Source: Eledone cirrhosa
Taxonomy: Eukaryota
Direction of reading: 5' to 3'
Assembly: GCA_964016885.1 (NCBI GenBank)
Contig: CAXHJY010000214.1
Location: 52,823 to 116,822, forward strand
Length of the DNA stretch: 64,000 bases
This document shows positions 1 through 11,960 of the stretch, in pieces. A model generated the notes under the pieces. That model was not told the origin of the DNA, did not search any database, and saw only the letters and a program-made list of their open reading frames with translations. The translations under genes and the position numbers were made by a program. Within the stretch, counting starts at the first letter, position 1. Every line of letters starts with the position of its first letter.

Positions 1-117
1 TCATAATGCACTTTCCCAATATGCAGACATCCAAATATAGATTCAGAAACTCATCATGAATATACTGTAATATTTGTAAACCCAGATTTCAACACCAACT
101 CCAGATGAAATCAGAGA

Positions 118-415
118 ACTTGCAATCGAAAGGTTGTGAATTCAATTCTCAGACCAGGTGAGCAAGACACTTTATTTCACATTGCTCCAGTTTACTCAGC
201 TGTAGAAATGAGATTATAGGGACTGAGGTCCCTATCATTCCACTGCAAAGTGGACGTGGAGGTGCCACGGCAAAAAAAGCACCCAGCACTCACTGTAAAT
301 GAGGTTGGTGTTAGGAAGGGCATCCAGCTGTAGAAATCAAGCCAGAATCAGTTCCCGTCCCACCCTTGCAAGCAGGGAAAAGTGGACGTAAAATGAAATG
401 AATGAATGAAATGAA
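118..415 (+). mobile_element. SINE family A, 5' truncated
   Basis: TTGCAATCGAAAGGTTGTG...CCCTTGCAAGCAGGGAAAAGTGGACGTAAAATG. Confidence 0.8.
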
Positions 416-1214
416 TACTATATAGTTATAGTTATAGGTATTTGCAGTAATGAGTTCAGATCTTGCTATGTATCCAGAAAATGCAACAAAAAACTACTCC
501 AAACTCATTTTCAAAACACAGTCCCTCTATCATCTCAATGAGTTTACCTTGTGGTCCAGACCACAGCTAATACAGGCTGTAAGCCATGGTTTGAATATAA
601 CAAAGCATCTTATGCTAAAGTTTATCTTACACAGACATCTTCCATCCAAGTCAACAACTTTACTCAATTATATACAATGCTTTGACAATGACAATTGCTT
701 TATTGTATAGATATATGCTATACAGTCATATCACTACAGAAGATAATATTAACCCATTCCTGAGCTTTGTATTTAAGCATCATTTCCACTACTGGATATA
801 TTAACAATTCAAGATAAATTAAACACAAATTGGAAAAATTAGGTCCAGGAAAACTTTCCATTTCAGGAAAACTTCTGTCAGTTTGTTTGTTAACCCCAAG
901 TTAGCTCTAACTGAGCAGACCTATGATGGAAGCCATTACAGTTGTAACCATCCTATCTTTTATTCAGGCATACTTTATCAAGGCTGTAATTTGAATGAGA
1001 TTTGACTGCTATTTCTAGCAAGTTGAGCTATCGCATAAAAGCTACATCGTTACTTCACATTACTTTATATTTGTAATTTTTCTCTTATTAGAAAAAATAA
1101 CATAAAAAACAAAGGACCTGATAATGAATAAAGCCACAGTTGAAACAATTATATAGTTCAAACTTTCATTTTAGATTAATATTTTAAATTTACTTGATTT
1201 ATTTTCCTTCTTAC

Positions 1215-1375
1215 CTCCATCATTTCTAGCTTTTCTGGATAAGCTAAATCTCCAGATGCAGCATTATACATGAAGATATCATTCTTGATATAGATATAGG
1301 TTCTATAAACAAGCCGTTCTTGAACATCCATAAGCATTTGATTGCAAATATTCTCAAAGGCCTTCAGTTCTTGTG
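1215..1375 (-). CDS. COG3: COG3 exon 13 (gene continues beyond the window start)
   Basis: tag|[53 protein letters not shown]|gtaaga; 161 nt; [10 protein letters not shown] and GDLAYP motifs. Confidence 0.95.
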
Positions 1376-2960
1376 CTAAAACAAAGGACATTTAACAAAT
1401 AAATATCTTCAATATTTTAAAAATAATTACATATTTTAAATTCAAAGAACAACTTAATTTCTAATGAACCGAATAAGATGCTGATTTGTTCAACTCCCAT
1501 TTGTCCCCCCCCCCCCCTATTTTGTTAGCTCAGAGTACTGAGATAATGAATAATTGTTGTAGTTGTCAAATCTACAAGCAGTTTCCTTGTGCTCTCCAAA
1601 AAACAGTTGGAGGTAACCTCCTACATCAGAATAGGGAAGGCCATAAGGAACTATATGCATCGTTTTTAAAACAGCAGATGGGTAAAGAGACAAACTGAGT
1701 TAATGTGTCATAGACCTGCCCATAGCTAATCACACAATATATGACATGATGGAATATGAGGATCATCATGAGAAACATCAGAGATTTTTACCCTTGGATC
1801 ATTGTTACTTTGGTGGCACAATATGTGCAGCTGATCAGTGTTGAAATGATCTTTTATATGTAAGATGTCTCTATGGACAAAGAAGTCTGGTTGACTTGAA
1901 AACTACAGAACTATTCTAAAGAAGTTCATCAAAGCAAGTGCAAAAAAGAAAAGCTTCATAACTGGTCATGCAGGACAAAAAGCCTAGTTGCTATACATAT
2001 GGAAGTAAAGATCATTTAAGGGCTTTCTGCCAAGAAGAGCTAGAGATGCTAAAAGGAAAACACCACTCTCAAAAATAGCATCTACAGGCCGTGGGGATTG
2101 CTGTTCACAGGGCAGCATCAGTCATAGCTCCAGAAATATCAGATGAAATAACTTCCTCCTCAATTCCAAGAGCTGTTGGAACCTCTCTCCAACCAATAAC
2201 CAGTAGCTCCACACAGTGATGTGGGAATGAAAAATAGATGGAAAATGAGTAGTGTGGCAGTCTGCTGGAGACATAGGAAAATCAAGAAAAGGAAAAAGAA
2301 CAAAACACTAATCAAGTACTTGACTGGTGTTTTGTTCTTTAATCATATCATCTGTTCCCTTCACCCAAATTTCTGGCTTCATGCAAAAACATCTATCTCG
2401 TAATAAAAATTGCTGCCACTACCATTATTGTGGTAACTATTATCATCATTGATTTCAACCAATTTCATTTACTATGTTGGGATATACTAATTATAAATCA
2501 ACAAGTAAATCCATGATTAAAAAAAAATAGTTAAATTTAACTCTTCTGTGACCATACTTCCTTGCTCCTTTTCATTAATTTTTTAAATTATTAAGGTTTT
2601 GGATGGATTTGACTAACTTAATTCATTATTGCGTTGATGTTTGAAACATTACTTAGTAAATGATTCTGACATAATGGAAAGTTTCAATTTTAATCTGAAC
2701 ACTTTAACCCTTTCATTACCATACTTCTAATGAATGTCACTGCCTGATTTTCAAATCATTTTGAAAAAATCAAGAAGTTAATGTTTGGAACATACCATAA
2801 TAAAAGTTCTTACATAAATTATGATCGATTTTTTTTAGATAAATATAAAAAATTTAAACAAACAGTTTTGTATTATAGAACAAGGAGTGGTTTTAGGTAG
2901 GCTGGTATCAAAAGTGTTAATTAATACTTAGAATAGATTTTAGTTCCCATTGGTACTTAC

Positions 2961-2994
2961 GGTTATTTCGTACATGTTCTTCGATCATTTCAAT
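2961..2994 (-). CDS. COG3: COG3 exon 12 (34-nt micro-exon)
   Basis: tag|IEMIEEHVRNN(P)|gtaagt; fills the COG3 NEVLEDHVQNN segment and restores phase between exons 11 and 13. Confidence 0.9.
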
Positions 2995-3731
2995 CTATAA
3001 ATAATACAAAACAAATATTACATTGTATATTCTTGGAGAAATACTGAATAGGCTAAATAATAATAAACTCATAGAGAAGCTTTATAAAAGAGGGTTTTAT
3101 ATATATGACCACCGACATATCTCCATGATTGCATAAATGCACCCATGATTATATGAGCATCTGACTAAGTCACATGCATAACCATGCAATTATGATGAAA
3201 TAAACCCTGTCTTAACTACTTTTAATTGATAAATGAATACTCCATCACTCCTAATTACCAACTTTTAGGTGGGATAAACTACTGACATAAAGTGCTTTTG
3301 GATTGCTTGAATCAGCTTATCCTCACAAAGTTACAGCGTAACATCCACATATATTTTCTGCAACTATCTATCTCTCTCTATATATAATAATAATAATAAT
3401 AATGAAATTATTGTGTAAAGTGCTCAGGTGCACTACAACTCGTCAATATAGTACATAGAATAATACACAAATGTCAGGGAAGTACATGTGTGTATGTGTT
3501 AGCTGTTCTGTTGGCGGATCTCGGGAAGCATGGAGGCCTTAAAGGATGCAGTGTCTCGACAGCCAACAACTGATGCAGGTAGTTTGTTCCATGCTTCAGC
3601 AACTCTGAGCATGAAAAAATGTTTCCATATCATCATCATCTTCATTTAATGTCCATTTTCCACGCTAGCATGGGTTCATATATATTATTCAAAATATTAA
3701 TAGATGAAAAATATTCTCATAACCAAAATAT

Positions 3732-3796
3732 ATATTTTATTATACAAATTTCAAAGGTACAATGGTGTTTAAGTACGTTTTCATCAGATAAAATAT
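3732..3796 (-). ncRNA. Minimal type-I hammerhead ribozyme motif in a PLE pLTR-like remnant
   Basis: Minus strand: atattttat-CTGATGA-aaacgtac..gtaccttt-GAAA-tttgtaTA-ataaaatat. Perfect 9-bp stem I, intact core, AUA cleavage triplet. Confidence 0.7.
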
Positions 3797-4751
3797 GAGA
3801 GATTGGATATGCGACATACGGCTACAGTTTTGATTATTCAATTCCAGTAGAGGCAGTGATTTATTTCACCAACCCCCAACGTTTTTATACCACAAATAAT
3901 ATGATAAACTTAGAGAAGAAGAGAACGTAGGTATAGAAGGGGAGTTGAGATGGAAGATGCGAAGAAAAAGAAGGGAAATAAATAAATAAATAAAAGAAGA
4001 GAAGATGCAGAGAGAGAAGAAGGGTAATAAAAAACATATATAAACTTAATCATCATTTTTGTCTATTTTTCCAAGACATTTTTGAAACAGACTTTGGACA
4101 GCCAGATGCCTTTCTTGACACCAAACCATGCTTTATTTTAAGTATGTTATATGCCACTCTTGTTCATAAAACCACTATGCTGCAGCACTCATTGTTTTAT
4201 GGGGGAACAGTCACTGTTTTTATAGATGATGTTAATGCGATGTTGGCAGTACTGGAGCATACACACATACAACAAGCTTCCTTACAGTTTCTCTCTACAA
4301 AATTCACTGATAATGCATTGGACAACCTGGAACTATAGTAGAAGACACTTGTATAAGATGCCATGCAGTGGGACTCATCTCAAAACCATGTAATTCCAGA
4401 GCAAAATTATTTCTTTGGCATGGGTTAGACAAACTTTCATGGTTCAAGACCAGACATGTAAGATTGACCCATCTTGCTCATAAGTTACATTTTTGGTATA
4501 GTTTCTATGGCAGGATACTCTTCATAATGCCAACCAGCTTACTGAATGTACTAGGTGTGTTTTTTGATGAATTAATTTAATTCTTTATTTCTATTCATCA
4601 TAAATAACTATATGGATTTAACTGCAAAAGCATGCAGAAAGAATGATGTTAAAATTAATGGATTTTGCTTCCCTTCAAAAGTATGGTACAAGAAGTGCAT
4701 ATTATGAAACAAACATAAAACCATTTTAAAAAACAATAAAATGTTACCAAC

Positions 4752-4857
4752 TTTTAAAATAGCGCAAAGTTCTGCTAGTGTTTCCAAGTGATTAATATGA
4801 ATTATCAGCGGACGGAATACATCATAAAGGTTGGTACATAATTTCTCAAGCATTTGG
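4752..4857 (-). CDS. COG3: COG3 exon 11
   Basis: tag|[35 protein letters not shown]|gttggt; 106 nt; the phase-0 donor is required by the next exon. Confidence 0.93.
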
Positions 4858-6342
4858 CTATAAAAGATTAAAGGGAAAACTTAGAAAAACTTCATATCAA
4901 ATATTTCATTTACATTTCAAGAAATATATATTTTTCTTAACATTTAACATCAGGTAAACTCTGATTGAAAAGTCTGACAAAGGCATCCCAGCCAGGACCA
5001 CCTCATCTTTCTCTCAAGCAGTGGATATCTATGTCTACATTATTTAATACTCTCCTCCGTTTTCAAGACAGGTCTAATTTGAGGGAGATTTGGCTGCTAT
5101 TTCTAATGGGTCAAGAACCTAAATGGAGGCTTTCTCTTCATTTGCATATCTATGCAATAAAATATCACTTAAACATATGCGTCAAATGAATTTTCAGCTT
5201 AAGCCTAGTTTTTATTTGGAATTAGCTGTGGTACTCAGCATTGCCTGGGTGCTGAATGCATAACTCCACATTGAAACACATAATTCACATATATAAATCT
5301 ATAAACATATATTAACACACAAATGCATATGAATTTGTACACACATGTGCACATACAGACACTAACACACTATGCAAATATATAAATTCATGCACACATC
5401 TACACACATACAAATACATAGAGAGGATTGAGAAAAATTATGTGTGTGTGTATGTAAGAGAGAGATAGAGACAGACAGATATACAAACAGAAGGAAATAG
5501 AACAAGTCAGAGAGATGAAGGAGTTGGAGTGAATTAAGGAGAGATTGAACAACAAATAAAAAATACAGAGGTGGATATTACAAAATGACAATGTATTTTA
5601 GGAAGCTTTCTAGGCCTCACCCTCACTTCACCAATATTCTTGTGTTTATTCTTTTTCCCACTTCCTCTACATTAGAACTTTCTACCTTTCTCAATTTCCT
5701 TTCTTAACTTCTTGTTTAAATCCAGTGCAAACTCAGACACAGAAATTTTTGTTCATGGATTATCTAAGATATCTTGATCTCCACATCAAATTTTGTAAGG
5801 ATTCATTGAGAAATGACAACTTTGTTTCAAGACAAACAGACACATTTTTGTACATATCCTTATTTAGGATAATGTGGCAAAATATTAACATTCAAGCATT
5901 GTTCTTATTTTGCTTTGGTTTGGCTTGTTTGCACTGTAAAGACTTTCTTAAAAACTATTATTCTATTTATTTATTTTTGTTTTAAAAATGACATCAATTA
6001 GTTTAATCCATTAAAAATAATTGCCTGTTAAAAATAGATGCAATAATCATCTCCCATATTCATAACTTTGTCATACAGTCATATGGCAGAACTTGTATTA
6101 TATGTTAACCACCATAAGATCCCCAAACTTCAGTTTTCACAACAATTTTACAATAAAGATGAGAAGGACATAACTAAATATTTAATTGAATGCACCTATC
6201 AATCAGCTAGCTACCTTTGTCATAAGAGAAATCAAACAGAACTTACTGTGGTTAACTATTTATAAGAAAAGTCACATTATTACAAGTTTACAATCACATT
6301 ATTACAATGCCAATTGAAACTATAAAATGCTAGTTTACTTAC

Positions 6343-6434
6343 TCAAGTAATGGTGATGGTTTTGAGAAAAAATTGAAATATAGTTGGCTTTCATCTTCAC
6401 ATACATGCACCATAAAAACACAACCACTGCGCAT
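6343..6434 (-). CDS. COG3: COG3 exon 10
   Basis: cag|MRSGCVFMVHVCEDESQLYFNFFSKPSPLL(D)|gtaagt; 92 nt. Confidence 0.95.
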
Positions 6435-8015
6435 CTGTTAGAGATAAACAGAAGCAAAGTCAATTATGAAGAACTCTTTATTTCAAAAACAAAATCTAAT
6501 GATATGTACTGAGAAAAATAGGAAGTTTACAAAAAGCATCATAGCAAACATAGAATTATCAGTTGAAAAAAGAAAAGCTCAGATTAACAGGTACATTTTA
6601 AAAAAACTACAACAAAAGAAAATGCTAAAAGAATTCATTGACATTCCACTCTTTATTAATGACAATCTACCTGAGTCACTATCTGTAGATAGCACTTGGC
6701 TGCTCACCTCAAAGTCATCTGGTTGTTGTTCTTTATCCTCAAGATAGCCTTGAAATAGAAATATGCAGCAGTGATCATCACTTTTTCTTTATTTAACCAT
6801 AGTGTATCAGGACCACATTATCTTATGCATCTACTTCAGATGGTTGAGAATGATATAAAGAAAATTTGGCTATTTATAGTAGGTGGAACAATTTAATAGA
6901 TGTAACTAATGCAGTCAAACCCAGTCAGCTAAGTTCAGAAATATGATGGATATTGACTTTCACCAATGATCGTATCTATGTATGCATAGTAGTAGAATCA
7001 TAGGTATAAAAACTGTCATACATATATAATCCCATATGGGTCCACCTGACACTAGAATGAAGCAGTGAGCATGTGAAAGATATGAAGAGAGGAGCTAATA
7101 CAATTAAGAATACAAGATAGAAAGAAGAACAGAAATGCCATCAAGAGAAAAGAAACAATTGTGCTTTGTAACTATTTTATTTATTTCTTCTCTTTTTAAG
7201 GAATTCATTATATTTATCTGTTATACATCAGTCATAATGTACTGATGTTCAAAGAACATGCATTGATCTTACAACTTTAGTAATAATCACATTCCACCAT
7301 CATTTGCATATCCATATACATATTCAATCATAGATTGCTCCTCACTCTGTCATATAGTCACACAGACGTTTCTCATTAGTGGTTTTCCACTGCTTCTCCA
7401 AGTAGGCAAGAGTTTTAAAGCAGGGTGAAATGGGGTTTGCAATCATCATCATTTAACATCCACTTTCCCAGCCAGCAAGGGTTAGATGAGTTGGCACAGA
7501 CAAAGTCAGTATTGAAGCTGAGCTCCTGACCTCTTGGATGGGCTGGGAGCTTGCATCTCACTTACATACATTCCCACACTTTACAGGCGAGGGCCCACAT
7601 CTCGCTCACATACATTCCAGCACTCTGCCAAGTGAAATTTATCATGGCACCAGCACTAGGGGTGGTCACCATATCTATTACACAGCTGAAGAGTCCTCTA
7701 GACATGTTGGCAGATTTTATATGGCTGGATGCACTTTCTATAACCAACCATTTTATAGACTGTAATCAGTGTGTATAAGTGAAATGAAACAGCTACAAAC
7801 AGGAATCACAACAAGGTTGTAGACTCAACTCACTGGAAACTACCCAAGAACACCTTTCTAGAACAATCATAAGAAGAACGGAGTCTCAAAATAGAAATAT
7901 TATAGTAAAGGATCAACTAACTTGATATTAGAATTATAGTGATACAGAGTATCTTATTGAATGAAATATTAACAGCTAAGCTGCAATGTTAGACAAGAAA
8001 GACAACCATACATAC

Positions 8016-8142
8016 CAAAGCGCAATGGTCTCGTTGATATCGTGCAGCAAGATCAGCAATTGTAGATTCGACACTGGGCCCAAGAAGTAATTCTCGCTGG
8101 GAGAAATAGCACTGGTGACAATCATTTAATATCTGGGCATAC
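8016..8142 (-). CDS. COG3: COG3 exon 9
   Basis: tag|YAQILNDCHQCYFSQRELLLGPSVESTIADLAARYQRDHCAL|gtatgt; 127 nt. Confidence 0.95.
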
Positions 8143-8971
8143 CTACAACATAATGTTATGTCATAGTAATATTGATATAGTTTCATAAATAAAAAATATC
8201 TCTTAGTAATCATGCAATCATTATGACAGAAAGGAATTATCATACATGTTGATAAATGCTATCAAGAATCAGTACATAAAAAAGGGTTGAGTTTCACCAC
8301 AATCATCAAGCAAATCCCTTATTTAGATAAGTAAAACTAAAGAAATTTGAGACAGATGAGTTAAGATAATACCAAAATATACTATGACATCTTAAAACAA
8401 GCACCACTAAGGTGGAAAAGAATGCTATTGAAAATCTGAAAAACAATATCACAATACTTCTAGCAGATAAAACTAATTTCTCAAAATACCAGCTAAATCT
8501 CCCTAAAACCAGATCCTACTGACAGGGCCAGATTTAATGGGGAGCAAAGGAGACAATTGTCCCTGACCCCCTGCTGTGGGGGGTTCCACTAGCAACGGCT
8601 ATAGTAATTTATTTGTGCCCTCAGCTGGGCTTTTTTTTTTAGGATGGTTAGAATTTTTGAATTTAATACCTGTATGTATAACTTGCACCAAGTTAACTTT
8701 GATATGTTTGCTGTGTATCCTAATTTTTTGTGTATGAGGGGCTCCCCCAAGGTTTAAATCCAACCAGCCTACTGTCTGAAAAAGGGAAGGATACATTAGA
8801 TAATGTAATGTGTAAGATATATTATGCCATAAAAATGATGGGGTCACCAGGATTGGAACACCATTTGATCATATGTCTGCTCAATCTAGGCTGAACTGAG
8901 GCTCAACAATAACTTTCTTGAACTGAAACACTTCAGAGAAGATATTCTAAAAGAAGTTTTTTCATCTAAAC

Positions 8972-9928
8972 CACAGGTTCTCAACCCATTTAGGCCAAAC
9001 GCCCCCTTTTGTCCCTCGAAATCACGACCCCCCCCCCCCCACCCCCACCCCCCAATTTTTCTATTTTTCAATATACTACTGATTTTTATATCAGTAGATT
9101 ACTAAAAAATTGATTAACAATATTCCAAAGATGTGTGTATTATCTGATTATGTGTTGTATGTGGTCCTAGATGTGTGTATTATCTGATTATGTGTTGTAT
9201 GTGGTCCTAGATGTGTGTATTATCTGATTATGTGCTGTATGTGGTCCTAGATGTGTGTATTATCTGATTATGTGTTGTATGTGGTCCTAGATGTGTGTAT
9301 TATCTGATTATGTGTTGTATGTGGTCCTAGATGTGTGTATTATCTGATTATGTGTTGTATGTGGTCCTAGATGTGTGTATTACCTGTTTATATGTTGTAT
9401 GTGGTCCTAGATGTGTGTGCTACTCGCTTCTGTTTTTTCTTTTCTTTTTTTTTTATTTGTAATATTATTTATACAATAAGGAATAAAATAGATCTACATA
9501 GTGTTAACTCGTTATGGCTGAGTCAATAATTTCAGACATGAAATACATTGTTATCGGTGAAGGAAAGATAAGATTCTAACTGGCTGCGCGCAAAGTGTCT
9601 TTGACCCAGTTGACTGGGTTTTTCCATTTTTAGGATCTCAATTACCGGTTAACGTCTCAATTACCGGACACGCCTGCACACCTGCTCACAGCTGCGGTCA
9701 GACTATAGTTATGCTGTCTGCAAGCTCATTCAAATGCATTCACACTGGCTGTCTCAAAGACATACAAATATGGCTTATAAAACTTACCAAAATAAAGAGC
9801 CTTCCAGCGCCCCCTAACCCCCTCCCCCAGCTCCAAACGCCCCCCTAACGCGACCCTGCTCCCAAACGCCCCCCTGGAGTTCCAAAACGACCCCCGGAGG
9901 TGCATATGCCCCTCGTTGAGAACCTTTG
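8972..9928. mobile_element. Non-autonomous hAT (Charlie-like) element, 957 bp
   Basis: 14-bp TIRs CACAGGTTCTCAAC / GTTGAGAACCTTTG (1 mismatch); exact 8-bp TSD ATCTAAAC at 8964-8971 and 9929-9936; subterminal AACGCCCC motifs. Confidence 0.9.
9131..9419. repeat. 40-bp minisatellite, about 7.2 copies, inside the hAT element
   Basis: Unit ATGTGTGTATTATCTGATTATGTGTTGTATGTGGTCCTAG in exact 40-nt register. Confidence 0.95.
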
Positions 9929-10982
9929 ATCTAAACAAAGGGCTAGGTTTCAAATTATTTTTCACACTAGTACAAAATCTATCATCATCATCATTGTTTA
10001 ACATTCATTTTCCATGCTAGTATGGATAGAAGTATCCAATATTTGCAAGTATAACAAAAGATGGAGTTAATATCTTATTAACAAATAAATAGACTAAAAA
10101 CTATACAACTATTTTCCTTTCTAGCAACTGGAGAGGAACAGGTGGAATAGGATCTGTTAAATATGAAATGTTTATAAACAAGTTGAGTTTTTGTAAAAAA
10201 ATAAAAGCCACTGGTTATCAAAGTTATTGGTCAATGTAAGAAGCAATGATGAGTAAAAGAGGTGGTTATGTAAAAAATACACTAAGTAAGACTTGGGGGC
10301 AGAAATAGTTAGACAAGTCCTTGTAACATATCAACAAACTGGCATGATAATGTATGACTGGAATGCACAGAGAGATACTACACTACCATCCATACTAACA
10401 CAGAAAAATAGAACTAATGTTCATGATGATGATTTAAGAAAACCCTAAATTTAAAGAATTATTTAAATATGTACATGATCAACATCATATTTACTTCTCT
10501 TTTTCTATGTGTATATGGACTGAATAAAACTTTTTGAGGCAGAATACTATGGCCAGATGCCCTTCCTGATGCCAACCCTCACTTGTTTCATAAAGTATGG
10601 ATCTTTGGATGCAGTGAGTAGTGAAGAGACAAACAAACAAACAAACAAACAAACACACGTGCACAGATAATCATCATCGTCATCATCATATATACAGAAC
10701 AGGTTTCCTTACAGTTTCTGTTGTCTGAATTCATTCACAAAGCATTGGTCAGTCTGAGACTATAGTAGGAAAACATTTGCCAAAGTTGCCATGCAGTAGG
10801 ATTGAACCTAATACAAAAATGCTAAATCAAATGAAAAATGTCTGTAATTAACAAATATGTAAATTACTCATACTATTTGTGATGTGAATGTTAGTAGTGG
10901 TGGTAGGAGGAACTTAAAAACATCAAAAGTTTTTTTTTTAATCTGAATGTTTGAATAAATGCAACAAGATATGTTTACTAAC

Positions 10983-11101
10983 TCTATGGATTTATTAGTT
11001 CTTTGTTCTAGTTGTTCCATCAGAGCATGCACCCGAGGTGCATTTGTGCGGAATTTCCCATAAAATAATGTAAATGCATCATCGCCTGCATTTGGTGTAT
11101 C
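10983..11101 (-). CDS. COG3: COG3 exon 8
   Basis: tag|DTPNAGDDAFTLFYGKFRTNAPRVHALMEQLEQRTNKSI(E)|gttagt; 119 nt, phase 2; AFTLFY.KFR motif. Confidence 0.93.
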
Positions 11102-11221
11102 CTAGAACAGAAAATGACACATATTAGTATAATTGTATCAAAACAGTAAGAAACAGTTCAATTTAATTTTAATTTGTTCAATAGACGACACAGCTCAAGC
11201 TAAAGTCAAAAGTTATAATGG

Positions 11222-11960
11222 TTTCTGATTTAAGCACAAGGCTAGCAATTTTGGGGGAGGGGAAAGTCGATTAAATCGACCCCAGTGAGTGACTGGTACT
11301 TTATTTTATCGACCTCATAAGGATGAAAGGCAAAGCTAACTTCAGCAGAATTTGAACTCATAACGTAAAGGGCCGTAACTCTATGCTGCGAGGATGTTGT
11401 CCGATGCTCTACTGTTACTGCCAGCCCACCACTCAAACTAAAGTCAAAATTTATAACATTACCATAAATGTATTATTTTTTTTTTTCGTATATACTAGAG
11501 AGGTGGATTAGCAGAATCAATAAGGTCAAACAAAATACTTTGCAGTATTTAGTTAAGACTTTCTACATTTTGAGTTCAAATCTTGTCAAAGTCAACTTTG
11601 CCTTTCATCCTTCAAGGGTTCATAAATAAAGTAGCAGTCAAGTGCTGGGGTTGATTTAATCAGCTTTCCCCAAATCTGCTGGTCATGTACCTAAATTAGA
11701 AATTATTATTCTTTTTATATACTTGGGCAGTGGATTGGCAGAATCGGTAGAGTATCATACAAAATGTTTCACAGTATTTAGTTACAAATTTCTACAGTTT
11801 GAATTCAAATCTTGCAATGGCCAATATTGCTTTTCATCCTTCCAGAGTCAATAAAACAAAGTACCAGTAAAATACTGGAGTTTGTATAATCAACTTTTTC
11901 CTTCCCCCAAATGGATGGCTTTGTGCCAATGTCTCGAAAGAATTATTATTATTATTATTG
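11222..11960. mobile_element. Cluster of three tRNA-derived SINEs (family B): one minus (11222-11433), two plus (about 11500-11710 and 11725-11960)
   Basis: Shared TTTGCCTTTCATCCT..GGTCGATAAAATAAAGTACCAG domain, tRNA-like head and (ATT)n tails. Other copies at 18484-18676 (-) and 40810-40968. Confidence 0.75.

Noticed and set aside
9131-9419. Regular repeats here and at 31580-31860 as CRISPR arrays
   Set aside because: Head-to-tail repeats without unique spacers, no cas genes, eukaryotic intron context.
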